A stretch of 64,000 nt of DNA from assembly GCF_000181795.1 (NCBI RefSeq), contig NW_003526941.1, positions 2,978,195 to 3,042,194 of the forward strand, written 5' to 3'. The stretch is from Trichinella spiralis. Lineage: Eukaryota. Position numbers and translations under genes: made by a program. Of the stretch, positions 1 through 14,300 are shown in pieces. Below the pieces are notes generated by a model, which was not told the DNA's origin, searched no databases, and worked only from the letters and a program-made list of their open reading frames with translations. Position 1 is the first letter of the stretch. Every line of letters begins with the position of its first letter.

Positions 1-2694
1 TCTTTTCTATTTGGGCTGGATTAACATGAGGATAGGTCAGTGAAGAACGACGATAAAATGGAAAGATTTTATACTCCACACCAAACCCCAGTGACAACAA
101 CTTTTTTTCAATTTATCGAAATGGACCGCAACAGAAGGGAAAATCAAGTTGCCCAAAACAAGGAAATATTGCACAAGAGGCAAAATGTGAATGAATACCT
201 CATTATAATGGCAAAAAAGTCTTTTATACAAAATTTCAACCACCCTTGTTCCATTTCAAGGGAGTTCCAGTATGGCGGCTTTCCTGTGTATTAAGATAGG
301 CACATGGCAACTTTAGAAGCCATTTATTCGACACGTACGCGTTTATTTGCCGTAAAACTTTCCAGAACCTTCTAATTTATCAGAATTTAGCCATATATAA
401 CAAAAAAAGCGAAATTTGTGTCAAAAGCCTACTTTCGAAAATCGCAAAAACAGCAAAGGCTATAGCCTTGCTTTTTTGAAAAGTCGAAAAATTTAAGTTG
501 TTGAGAAAATGATTTCAATTGATCAGAAAAAATAAATTAATCACTACAAACCTGGTCGCACGTTGTATAAATGCGTATTTGCTGAGATATTGCAAAAAAA
601 GTTGAGTGATGATGTGATTTTAGTAGGAGCCAGGGAATAAGAAAATAATTACGCTCTCTTGATAATATGAAATATAATTCTATTCTATGAATATTTATGC
701 ATAAATTACGACTTATATCCTCCAAGCAATGTTCGTGATCGTAATAGCATTTGTACCTGAACTTCATTTTTGTAATACAGAAAGCTACAAATTAGAAAAA
801 TTTTAATTACGCAATTTCATTGATTGCAGACAATATAGATATTAAAATTAATTAAAATGAACAAAATGAAATAAGGTTTATATGTAGTATTGCATTATTT
901 CCTTCTATAAATGACACCGCTTCTATAGCAACTGAAATATTCTACTCTTAGTTGCCTTTGAATATTTCTTTGCGTGAATACAAGCATTGCTTCTTGTCAT
1001 GTCAATGTGGATTTCGCAGCTGACTATGAAGTTAATTTTTTGTCGAGCTGATTAAAATTTTTTGGTTATTTCACATTATGGAAATAAAGCATTTTGGGAA
1101 AAGAAAAGCACTGTTTCGGAACTTGATGTTACTCTATAATTTTTTGTTTTTTCTAGAGAGATTGTTAGAGAAGTTAAGCGAAAATTGGAACAGAGTATCG
1201 GCACTAATGCACACGAAACATTGCGTTGTAGGTAAAGATTTTGGACTGTATGTGAATCCTGTGAACTGTGAATGTCTGCATTTTGTTATTGGCGAAACTT
1301 CTTTTTTTGCTTGCAATGAAATATTCTTGTAATTGCTAAACGGCTGCCAACCAAAACTATTACCTTAAATGACCAAAAGCTGTTCGTATAGCCATACAAT
1401 TGACATCTCGCTCATTTCTTTGCATTCAGGAACTGCTGGACTTTGTTGGAAAAATTATACACATGTACAAGTGCATATATTATATACATATGCGTTAGAA
1501 AAAAAATTCAAGCAATTTTATAAATGAGAAAAGCACGTTTTCTGAGATTTTCATCGTGTCGTTGTTATTCGAAACTGTGCTTTCAATCCCTTTCAGTTGA
1601 CTGTATCCATTAACATCTGCTCATATCAATTATAGCATAAACTGTCAGTATCACTAAAAAATTGTATTACTGTAAAGTAAATAATAGATGATTTGCGTTT
1701 TTTTCTTCATTTACACAAATCTGAAATTAAGTACATTTATTTTTTCTCTTCAACATGTATACTCAGAAAATTTTGCCCAGTACGCAACGCACCCAACGCC
1801 TTCAGAAATTTCTATAAAAGTATGCATATTTACTCAGACCTGTTGTTATGATCAAACAGTTACTGTCAGTATTTTAAAATATAAGAACAAGTAAAACATC
1901 ATATTCAAGGACATACATTATCAAGAATCAAAATACCGTACAGGAGATAGCTCTTTTTTGTTTTGTCTTTTCCGCTTCATCATCATCATCTTCAACAAAA
2001 AACAACTGGCCTTCCCTAAGCATAAATGAAAATAAATTGTTACAAAAATTATTTACTCATTTGGACAAAACTGAACAAATACCGCAAAAGCATTCGTAAG
2101 TGTGTAAATGAAAAAGCAAATCGATTTGAAAGTTAGCAACAAAGTAAATGTATTTTGAGGAGCAAAAAATTTGCATGTAAAAAGCAAATGAACAAAAATA
2201 GGTTGATTTGAAAATGTGCGAAAAATAAGGTATTAAAAAACTACTGTATGAAGCTAATAATGACCCTTTTCGGTGATGAGTATGTACGTGATGTGTATTT
2301 GAAAGAAAAAGATCACGAAATGCAATGGTCATCGCATTAATGGGCACAAAATTAAGAGATCTCCTCTATATTTTACGAGAGCAAAATAAGTTACACATTA
2401 GGTGCATAGAATGCGATGAATTTGCTTTGCAGTTGTCAAAACGTAAATGCAGAATAACGTTTTTGACCGGTCTAAGAATGAACCCAACCAATCAATCTAT
2501 TATTATTGTGTTTCGCAATATTTGATCTCTGAAATTCATTTCTAAAACGTGAAAAAATACCTGTCTATAATGCAAACTTTCGTTGTACACATAAAAGAGA
2601 CACTATTCGTAATTGTGATAAAATAAGTGACCAAGAAAGATATGATCAGAAAAGAATAAAATAAATAAATAAATAAATAAACCCAAAGCAAGCA

Positions 2695-5600
2695 TCAGAC
2701 AGCAGCATCGCTTGCACATTCTGGCTCTTCACAACTGCCCCCAGTTTCTCGAAGCAGTGAAACGTTTTTGCGTTGCTTGTAAGCGCCATTGCGCTTGATA
2801 TGCTTCAACAATGATTTGCCTTGTTGAAATTTCAAACTTGACAGTCTAGCTTCTGTGCTTTTAGTTATCGCCGGTGCGCGGTACTTTTTCGCCAACCACA
2901 CAACAAGCAAAACGATCAGCAACACGACGGCTAAAATTCCGATAATACACAAAGCGACCACAAGACTTGCCTGCTGCACATCTGTCGAATTGTCTAAACA
3001 GTTGATAAATTACCACTCGTTATAAACAAGTTATCGGCTTGAAAATAATTATTTTCAGAAAATATACAGACCATTCAATTTTGGATAATTTGGTAGCACC
3101 TGCCAGTTGGTCATTTCTTTACATACGGGACAGCAGAGTCCTTCTTTATAAATGGGCTCGACGCATTTGCGACATTCCATTTGAGAGCAGAAAAGTTCAC
3201 CTCCGTATTGGCAAGTACAATTACGACAAATATTATCTCGCCACATTTCGCCAATATTGTATGAGACTCCACTTAAGTGACAAACACCCGTATCCATTTT
3301 CTCTAAAATTGTCTTCAAACTATAACATTCTGACAAAAAAGAAGCCAATACAATACTAATTTACCTATACAAATCGGGCAACAAGAGTCTTTCAGATGCA
3401 ATGAGCGACTGTCGCAAGTGACACTAGCGCAGCTCTGATAATAACACCGTACCTGACTATGGCGGCAAACGCAGGACACACAAGGACCTTCTTTCCATAC
3501 GGAACCCTCCACATGAGCCACGCCGGTTTCAGTTGAACAAAAACTGCTGATGTTAGCCGGGGGAGTAAATTCACCGAAACCTGAAATTTTATTTTCAAAC
3601 GACTGAAGAAGAAAAGATTTTTGAAAATGCAAACAGTTCTCTCCTACCGACATCTTTGCATACTGGACAGCAATTATCATCAGAAATACTTGGCTTGGCA
3701 CACGGAGCAGGCGGACATTCTTTCCTGTGACAAAGCACGTGACCAACATGACAAGTACAAATTGTACATTTGTCAAGGTTCCAAAATTCACCCTCAACGT
3801 AGTTTCGATTGCCACCAGGTGCATGGCAAGTCAATCGATGTAATCGACGATCCAAAGCTGCATCTAAAGATCAACAACAACATTAAAAATAACATACCTG
3901 CTTCAAAATTTCATTTCCTCAAAAAATATATAAAAAAAGAAAAACCTATTGCACAGGACACTACCTGGACATCGAGGACAACATTCACCGTCGATGAAAG
4001 TTGGTTCAGTGCAGTTCAAATGTGGACAAGCAAGAAGTGAGCAAAATTCTCGACCATGATCACAATAACAATGACGGCAATCATCGAACCACCATTCACC
4101 GTGATCACGATATCCTGCCAGTGAACTGCATCCAATCCATTCAGATGTGATGTTCTTTGTTGGAAAAATGGATGAGTCAGATTCAATCCATATACCTGTA
4201 AAAATAAAGCAGAAGATTAAATAAGATATTGAAACAATAAAAGCAACAAAGTACTAACCCCTACATCTGCATATCTCACATCCATGCAGATTCTTCTCAT
4301 AACCATACAAGCAATGCTTGTTGCAGTTGTAAATGCGAGGACAGGCGTTGCACTTACACATTGGACAGCCGTTGGCATCGTGCTCAAAACCATGTGCACA
4401 ACGCTTTGTACATGACTGCAGGTTCCAAAATTGACAGCCAGATTTTGATCCTGGCTCTAAAGGCAAAACTTCTACTTTTCCTGCTGTTATTGGATCACTT
4501 ATTTTTACAGACATAAAATTTCCGTGGTGTTCATCTTCAGCACCTAGATTGGAAATATTTCAGGCTTTCTGAATTCACTTATTACTTACCAGTGAACAGA
4601 TTGAATTATTTATATAAGCTCATCAAAATTATTTTCTTGTTCAAAAAGCAAGCAAAAAGCAATAAAATACTCTAATTTGCTTCAATTAGAGAAATTCAAT
4701 CACTGACCTTTGAAAGCACCCAATAATAAAAACATTAATTTGTGCAAGTATAATTTTAGAAAACGCCAATATTGATTACCACTGAGATGTTGTAAGTTTT
4801 GCAGACATTCACAAAGAAAGCATCCATCCAAACCGCGCTTCAGACCATATTCACATCGCAGCGTGCAAAGCTCAATACTTGGACACGATAACGGTAAATT
4901 TATTAGCAACGATTCTAAAAAAAAATATATGGAAAGTATGAATATTTCCAGTTTAAAATTCAAACGTACTTTCACAAACAGGACAACACTGTCCGCTCAC
5001 ATAAAGCGGATTGTCGCATTCCACACTACACAACTGTCTTTGACAAATTACTTGACCATCCTCTGAACACTGACAAGTAGTGCAGTCGTCTTTTTTCCAC
5101 TGTTCAGTAATATTACGGCTCTCGCCATTTTCTGTCTCGCAGCCTGAAAGAAAAAAAAAGATCAATCAAAGCACAAATTAAAATAAATAAATATATAAAT
5201 ATATAAATAAACAACAATTACCAGAACAAATGGGACAGCATTCACCTTCCGGTACTTGGATCCTTCGACAGCTGGGCGGCGGTGGATGACAAAGCAATGA
5301 TCGACAGAATATTATTCCATCTTTGCATTCGCATTCTGTGCAAGGCTTTGGATGCCACGTGTCGCCGTTGCGGAACACAGTCTTCTCAACTTCGCAAATC
5401 ATTGACGTCTCGTTTACCGCAGGTTCCACTGAAACGAGTAGCTATGCAATTTTAACTGCGCAAAATTCCGACTTGCATCGACTGACCAGATATACAATGA
5501 AATTGATCACAACAGCTCCCTGGAATACCGTTTCCTTTTTTCAGCACCACCAAATGATGATTTGGTGGACAAACTGCTGGTGGACAGACTCCAGCCAAAC

Positions 5601-8600
5601 AACGACACTCTTCTACCACAGGACAACAACCCTTTTCCGCTATCACTTGTGGTGGCCGATAGCTATCCTCCGGACATTTTTCCACTTTTGTTGGAGGACA
5701 GCGGACGTGATTGCAACCAAATTCTGCAAATTCAATGATAAAGTAATAATTTCCACATATTATAAAAATAAAATAAAATAACAGAAAGTGAAATAAATAC
5801 AAACTTATATACATATACATGTACATACATAACGACCGGATTACTGTTGCATAGCACTGAAAAATGATAAATGACTACAGCACACACTATCGCATGCTAA
5901 TTCACATAATCGAGAAAAATGCTCAATCAAATCTTAGAGGGGGGCTGCGTCTGCACCACCTTCCCATGCCATCTTCGCCTGTCCTTGGCCCCTTTCCTGC
6001 CCAGTCGCTTAAACCGCCGGCACAGCCAACTGAGCCAGAGCAACAATGACGAAGAAAAATCCCCAAAAAAAGGAATCTCGCTGTCTCAGATTTTAATTTA
6101 GGAATTTATAAAATTTTATTTGCAAGCGTTTTTGTAATATATTACATTTATATTACTGAACATTTTTGCTTTCAGCGAATGCACGCACTGAAAAAATTGA
6201 ACTCATCTTTAAGTATCATTTTACAATTAAAATGTATCTGACCATGGACCAGTAGTTAACTTGATAAAAAAATTTTTTTATTAATTAGAAAAAGAAAAAA
6301 CTTTCAAAAATAATGGCATAAAAATGATATAGTCGTTGCCAAATATGTCCCCTGTTCAAGTTTGCAAGAAAAAAAAATTAAATCCTATATAACACTTGCC
6401 CTTACTTTTTGGAAAACACTCAAATATGTCACAGCAACGGCCAGGGGTATCCGTGCCTTCAGAAACTCGCACCAATTCTGATTCAGGTGGGCACGATTTG
6501 ATATGCTTCAAACAAGCCTGAAAAGCAAAAATATAAGCTCAAAAAGAAAATAAAACAAAAATAAAAAACCCACTTCTTGGTTGCACTGACAAGTATCTGG
6601 TGACGGGCAACAATTCGGTGGTTCAGGAGCCGGGGCTGGAACTAGAATCGAATCCTCTGGGCACTTCGGCTGGAAAACAACACCACACTTGGCTTTCAAA
6701 CAAACCTCTTTCCACATAGCTGAATAAAAGAGAAACAAATTTTAGTATATAAATTTCGTTAAATCATGAATCACAATCAATAAAAAGCAGCGTCAAAGGT
6801 GACATCGAAGACAAAATCGAAAATAACGTGAAACAGGCGCTAAATCACCCTTTTGCTCATGCAATTAACTCTCAACTAATCAACCCACACAATTCATGCC
6901 TATCAAGTTACTCTACTCTCAGTCACCACTTCTGATCAACTGACACTTGCTTTAATGGTATAGAAAATTATTAATAATTAAACAGCTACTATTTTACAGA
7001 TACTGTGCTGCAGCAGCAGCAGCAGCAGCGGCACGTTGTTACATGACAAAACTAAAACAACAAAATAGTGAACAAATAGGCAGTGAACAGTGAAGTGTCT
7101 CTTCCCAGCATGGGTCAGCTAATAAACCCAAAACGTCATCGAGGACTAGTCCATAAAAGATTTTATAGCATCGCATCAAACGACTGGAAAAATTTGCAAA
7201 AATTGAAAGCAGCCGGTAAACTAGTCCCACGATGAGGGGCGCAATCGATTTCTCATTTAAGGATCACAGCGGGTCTTGCAAAGGCAGAAACATCGAGACA
7301 TTTTCAAATGAGAACACAAAACAGAGCCATTAATGTGAATACCCAAAATAATCGACTTTATTATTAAAATAACTAATTTTTTAGTACTTTGTTCTCAAAA
7401 AATAAACTATGCTCCATGTAACTACATCATTATCCGTAAATGAGAATCAGGTGGTTAAATTTTAAAAAAACTGCGCATTTAGCCTAACAACATTTTTTTG
7501 TTCAAGAGCAAACTTGAACTGGTAATTGAAGATGCACTTAAAAACAACACTTATTGTAATAAAGTTAAAAGTTATAAAACAATTCAGCATAAAATTGAAA
7601 AAAAAAGAATTTTCACGCATATTTGCAGTCACCAACAATAATTACATCTGAACTTGCTCCCCTGACTGATGTACATTGTCTACAGTTGAAAGACAGCTCG
7701 TCTTGGCAAGAAAAAGCAAAAGCTTACATGAAGTGTCCAATAATTAATCAACCATTACTGCGGCTGCGCTACTTCAAATGAATATATATATATATATACT
7801 AAAAAAACTATATCAAAACAAAAAAAACACTATGCCTATGAAATGCAGTTGCCTGTAAACTAGTCGTCATTTTAGGGGTAATACGTATAACAATCAAACG
7901 AAGATTGTTCCACAATATGAGCGCACAAAGCGGTCATGATTTTTGGTCAATTCTGCATAATATGAGCAAGAGCGGCAGTCATCGAAAACAAATATATACA
8001 ACTTTCTATATACAGCTAAATGACCACTGTCTGAGGTCAAATGCTGAAATAAAAAGAGAGGAAAAAACAAGGAAAGGAGTTGAAACTGCAAATTATTTTC
8101 AAAAAATCACTGCAGCAAAATAATAACCGTTCAGTTAAACAGCGCAACGTGCTTAATCTGAATGAAATGCAAGCGAACGAGGCGATCAGATCGATCAATT
8201 GGAGAACTGTTTCTATATGATATACATATGCAATGCAATCATAAATTAGCGTTTGTAGAAGTGTTATAGTGGCAACTTTTGCAGCCATCAATTGCTAAAA
8301 CAAAAAAGTGTGACATGACATTATTAGCCCGTCTGTTCACTGATAACGGAAATGCGGCTAAAAGAAACGATGATGACTTCAGCTGATCAATGTTAAAATA
8401 AAACATGAGCAAACGTTGTTTCATGTAGTGCAAATGCACCATTGGTCATTTAAAGATGACATTGTGCGATTGAAAACAACATGAAAAAAAAATGAATCAA
8501 TTCAAGTGTCCATGCACAGTCGACTGTTGGTAGATACCGCAAACTGCACTGAGAACTTGTATTTGCTTTCCAGAAGCAAACGTGCAAACAAGAACGCTTT

Positions 8601-11366
8601 TTTCCTTCCCTGTTCCACTTAATAGCTGAAATGCGTAAAGGTAATAATAAACACTACTGCTGCCTGTACGCTGCGGCCTATTGATCCTCACAAAGAGAAT
8701 AAAGCTGAACCCAACACTATTTTTATCGATCGCCAATTATATCCACGTTACCCCACGCCACTGTCATCTCATTTTCTCACATTTCAATTCTTACTTTTTA
8801 ATAAAATATACATGTCCATTAAAGTCAACTGTCAACGTCACAAAATCACATTCAAAGTATTCAACAAGCCTCCAAATAAACAAATTTACTAATAGAGACA
8901 TTATACTGGAAAACATTTGTTAAAATAACATGACATGGAACAATTTGACGCCACCAAATGAAAGAATATACTATGACATTGCACAGCTTCCTACTTACTG
9001 TTCATTCATTTGAGCAAAAATTGGTCACAAATTTTCCTTAAAATCGATAAATTTCAACTTTTTATTTACTAATTCCTAGAACAGAGCCACTTCAATTACT
9101 CATATTTTCTTCATTCCATAGATCAGGCGCGTGTGTAAACAATTCTGATGCAAACTGAATAAGTGCGAATTAACATTTAGCCGTAAGCGGAACTGACCGA
9201 TACTGATGGGTACTACATTTTTACATAATGAGCAAACTGCACGTCAAATTTATCCAATTCTTCATCTTCTGCACAAGTTGGCAATTTTGAAAACAGAAAT
9301 TACTAAATTCCCAAATTGCAAATGCAAAATCACCAAACAAACAAGTAATAGAATTGATGAAAATAATCAACTAAATCTAGGCATTACGATCTACCAGTTC
9401 ACATGCATACTATTTATTGTTGAACGAATTACTGGGAATGTTAAGAGAAATGGTAAAAGTTGGACAAAAACTCTGCAAACTCATACACAATCATAATATA
9501 ACCTCTTACAGCGAAAAAATTAACAGTAATAATAGCACAACAAAACTTCTACTTTACAACACGAACAATAACGACCATCAGTCATTACTGCTTATGATGC
9601 CTTAACTCAGGAGTGCCGTTTCATTCGTCCGAAAAAAAAACACTGAAAACTGACCAATCACTGCAGCGTCACTGACAGTACTATGTAAACAACACACTGC
9701 AAATCTGGTTTTTTATCTTTTACAAACTCATTTAAATAAATTATCTACCGTCGTGAGGAGATTTCACTTGCAGCAAAAAAAAGCACAGCTTTATAATGAA
9801 TGATGCAACGAACAACATTTGCAGAATTTGTTGAAAACGTCGAATCCTAACTTGCATAATGCAAGAAAAAAACAATTCATTTGTAGGCGTCATAAAATTT
9901 TACAGCTTATTTTGAACCCCTTACTAGAAACTCAACAACTGAAAACGAAATAAAAAAAGATATGCAAAGAAATTACTGTCTGTTACTTTCTTTACTGCTG
10001 AAAACGGTACAGAATAATAACATTAAAGGTAGACTTCAGTACTACAACGATCAGAATTGCCTGCCGTTAAAAAATGTGGCGTCTTAAGTAAGTTGAACAG
10101 ATGGTCTGCTGATTTGTTTATTTTACAAATAAGCAGCTTAAAAGCGCTTTTGAAACAGTTCAATCTCAGCATATGTCAATTTCAACACTTGCAACTGTCG
10201 TTGCACGGATATGCTGCAAATGAAATTAAAAAAATGACAAACATCCAACTTAAAAATATTTGTGTGCAATTGGATGGTACAATAAAACAACAACAACAAA
10301 ATTTATGGAAATTACTGCTGAACAACGGAATGCTAAACACGCAACGTTATCAAACGACAGCTGTTTGCAAAAGATCAAACAAACTGTCTGCAAAATTGGC
10401 TGTCGCCCACTTTGTGAGCTGTGGCCAAGGAGATAAGCCTTATCAAAAGTATTAACAAAAATATGCCAGTGAAGACTGTCTGCTGCAACAGCGAGTGACG
10501 AGTAGTAAAAACAAAGAAAAAAAAAGCAATAGCAGGCAACATGCGCATACCTCGTGGTTAGGACGACAAATTTGCCAGAAATAACGTCCGCCAACGACAA
10601 CAAACAATCGCTATCATGCTCATCTGATATGCAACTTACTCTGCATGCAAGTGTCGCTGCTTTGCAGTCAGGCGACGACTGCAATTGCAAAAACTGCAAT
10701 TACTTAAAGAAATGATAAGGCAAATTTTAAATTAAAAAAAGATAAATACAGAATGTAAATACAATGGAAAAAAATTGTTCCTTTTGCTTTTTTCACTAGC
10801 TCTATTGGACAACCCACTGTGTACATGGAAATATTCAATCAGTACATGAGAAACCTGCTTCTGGAACTAGCACTAGCAGCGTGACAAGAAGAACAACAGC
10901 AACATTCAGCTGCGGCAATTTGAAACTGAAAAATTACGCACACTCATGACAAACTGCACAAAGGTAGGGGAATCATCACCCCAACCAACCAACCAACCAA
11001 TCGACCAATCGACTGACTAAGTGCCGGATTTGCCAATCAATTGTCAATGATCAGAGTTTTTCTCGCAAATTAAAATAATCGAACTTATTAACTGGAGAAA
11101 GGAGACTAAAAAAACTGAAAAGCACAGCAACTTTTCAATGATCGAAGACAACAAAAATCGAAGTGACTGAATAAATAAATAAGTGTCAATGGAAATGTTC
11201 AACTTACTTTTTCTTCGAATCCACTCTTCATGACAAATTGCTTCGTCGGAAAATTGAAAATGAGCTTGCTGGCAAGATTTGACTGTCAAGCAAGAGCAGC
11301 CGTGTTTCAAAAATAAACTGCAGCCATGATACAGTGATGGAGCTGAACAGTTGAGCATGTTTGGAT
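2695..11366 (-). CDS. CRIM1: CRIM1/crm-1-like cysteine-rich transmembrane BMP regulator (5'-partial, spliced)
   Basis: Phase-consistent exons read by hand, 5'->3': 11366-11208, 6719-6574, 6517-6406, 5723-5487, 5428-5222, 5143-4970, 4914-4780, 4543-4259, 4195-3965, 3863-3648, 3580-3365, 3302(or 3329)-3072, 2993-2695. The product has CRIM1-type N-terminal Cys repeats (CLKAKCGVVFQPKCPEDS; GIPGSCCDQFHC). These are followed by 2 VWC, 3 antistasin-like (e.g. CTKRCAHGFEHDANGCPMCKC) and 4 more VWC modules (W..C..C.C...CCPxC). A TM helix (SLVVALCIIGILAVVLLIVLLVVWL) and a short basic tail end the protein. No signal-peptide exon was identified. Confidence 0.88.
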
Positions 11367-14300
11367 CTGAAATACAAAAAGTAAAACTTTCACACAGATA
11401 CTGACAAAACTTTTTCACAATCAAACACAAAATCATCAAACGGCATCTATTAAAATTTTTCCACTTCCAATTTCAATTTCTATTAACAATTTTATCATAT
11501 ACTAAAAACTGAAAACGCAATTTGTTATTTGAAAATACTTGCAATAATTTACTGGAAATGAAAAGCTTGATGATAGTTATGTAGGTTTCAATCAACCGAT
11601 ATAAATGCAAAACAATGGATGTTATTTCGATTAAAAAAAATTAGAATGGAAAGTATGCGCCATGACGCTGGACAAATACCGCAAGCATTGACAAAGTGAT
11701 TGTAAATATAATTGCAATTCTATCATTTATTGCTTGGTCAATAAATTTCATTTTAACAAATTATTCGAAAAAAAAGTTTTGTTTTATATCAGAACTTTGT
11801 AAAAATTCAAAACAATCGCAAACCGGCGTTTCTAAACCATTTGCATGACTCAAAGCGCAGTCGTTCAAAAGCAAACAAAACCCAATGATCTAATATTATG
11901 CTTTTTTTTAAATTATATACAAGCAATCGATTGCAGTTAGTTGTTGCAGCAACTGCTGCTGCTGCGAAATGCTTTATAAGCATGAAAACAAAACTTTCCA
12001 TAATACCCCCTCAAAAACCCCTCATAATATAATTCATTCAATTCGAATTCATCAGGGATTGCTTGCTGGGCACTTTTAACCAACTAACTCTGAGCAGCAT
12101 AAAGCTTAAAGCATGAATAACGCAAGATTAGATCTGTTACTCGTAAGTCATCGTCGAACTGAACCTAGCAGTCAGTCTTCGAACAAAAAAACCAAGAAAC
12201 AAGAACACTTCCAAACTTTAGCGCCTAGACCAGTAGAAGACTGGAAAATTTGCAAGCAAAAGCCACTATATCAGAATGAACGAATTAAACACAGATTCTG
12301 TCATCCTGGTCCTCAAATTCTGCCCACTTAAGAAATACGAAAATTTTCAACTGTGCAAAAAATTTATTAACAGCTCTGACTAATTTCACCCAATCTTGAG
12401 ATTAAACAAACGCCACAAATAAAGATACGAGAACAAAGCATTAAAATGTTGATCATCATGTGTGTAGAAAATTTTTTTGTTTCATCATTTGAACAAACAC
12501 TGCAACAATCAGTGAACGCCAAGGTCGACGAGTTGTTCTATTACACGCTTGCAGAAAAATTTACCGATCGTCATTCGATTTCATCATGTGTATGTATGTG
12601 TATGTGCTGTGATGTTATGAGGTCCCGTATTTCTTTCACAAGTTTTCCTTTTCTTGAAATTGAATAAAAGCAATTTACAATTTTCAACTATCAGTTTGAT
12701 CAAATTTCTCAGAAAAAAAATGCTAAAACAAATTTTGTTTTGCTTCTTTTTCAATCAGCAACTGTTAAAAATTATGCGACGCTTTCAAAACTGCAAATCC
12801 TTGATGCATGCAATGGATGGAACAAATTGAATTGCCGAACAACAAATCAAATCAGTTCAACCTTTTTCCCCTTGTCAAGTGCATTACTTGATCGCTTAGT
12901 TAAAATCAAAAAAAAATTTCATTCCGGCTTCATCTGGACGTAAGCTTCAGACGTGAGCAAAGATTTAAAAACAGTTCCGCTTGCGTTGGCAATTTTGCAT
13001 AAAAAACAATTAACCTCAGACTTGCAACAGCTTCTGTTTGCAACCCAGTTACATGATCAATTCTTTGTTGAGGCAAACAAGCATTTAACAACCGATTCAT
13101 AAATAAACAAACAACTGATGGATGGTTAAAAAAAGCTGAATGCACAATTACGTACGTAGAAAGATATACAGAATGCAATGATGATGATGATGATGAGTTA
13201 ATCCCTATTGATACAAGACAAATAATGGATTTTTGTTTTGATAATTTCTATACTTTTCCTACTTGTGTATTATCTTGAAAAATATCTCTACTGTGGACAA
13301 TTTTAATGTACAGTAACCATCAGCATAACAAATTGTAAAAAGCAGGGTTGTATAATTCCTTTCACCATTAGAACGCTGTTATATAGAACGACAAGCTGCG
13401 CCATCACGCACGATTGAAGCATGCAATGCAAAAAAGACCGTCCAGTAATGCCCTGACTGTACGCGCTCGGTATACATCGTAGGCAGAACCTTTTTGCGTC
13501 TAAATTCTAATTTAAATCAACCCATTTCACTCGTGGTAAAGCTAAACTTATATTAAATTGATGTGAAAGCAATTAAATAAAAAAAAGTGAACACTCAGAA
13601 TTTCACACAGTGCTGTTGTTGCCTATGTAATAATTACAACCAAACATGACAAACGTGTAGAAAAAGCTGAACTTTTCCACTTCAATAAAAGAATTTTCTG
13701 TTGTACAATACACGTGCAGATTTGAAATTGAATTATACCACCCTAGCAGATACGAAAAGGAACGCTCTGGTGTTAGTTGTTTAGTCGTTAATTGAAAAAT
13801 CAGTCGCACAGCTTTATTTATCATTGTTTACTTTTCGACGACCGACAGTAAAGTAAGCAGCTCAGTTTTGACGAAATCAACAAAAAAAATACTATTTGCC
13901 GAGCGTGTTTAACGCACCATGTTGGAGAAAAATGCTGTCTACTAATGTAAGACTGCTGAATAACTAGTATTGAAAACAATAGCTATTACACTAATTTATA
14001 ATGTTCCATGATCACTTTTACATATTTGATAAAATAATAATATTGTTATTATACTAATTTGCTCAGCACACAGCATAAAAAACGTCACAAAAAAAATTAC
14101 AGCATCAGAATAACGTACAAAAATGTACATAATTTCCACCAAGCAAAGTATATACAGATATTTTTTTCATTAAATCTTAAATAAAAGTAAGAAGTAAACA
14201 AATGTTGATAATTTTTCTGTTAATAATAATTTCAAATTGCAAAATGCGGAATTTAGTGAGCAGCCTAATTAGATGTAGAACCATAATAACGGAAAACCTC

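Noticed and set aside
1..330. Short ORFs at the window start (37-243 minus, 40-294 plus, and a minus frame ending ...YPHVNPAQIEK at the edge)
   Set aside because: No recognisable family and no consistent exon structure within the window. It may belong to a gene outside the window but cannot be supported.
320..1450. Several short exon-like segments on both strands (e.g. plus 1157-1231 EIVREVKRKLEQ; minus ~1425-1364, ~785-757, ~581-552)
   Set aside because: Competing chains can be built on either strand, none gives a recognisable protein, and this is consistent with chance in AT-rich DNA.
10250..10699. Cys-containing minus ORF with a good donor (GAG|GTATGC) between two crm-1 exons
   Set aside because: The phase-1 reading needed for inclusion hits a stop, and the Cys spacing does not match CRIM1 modules.
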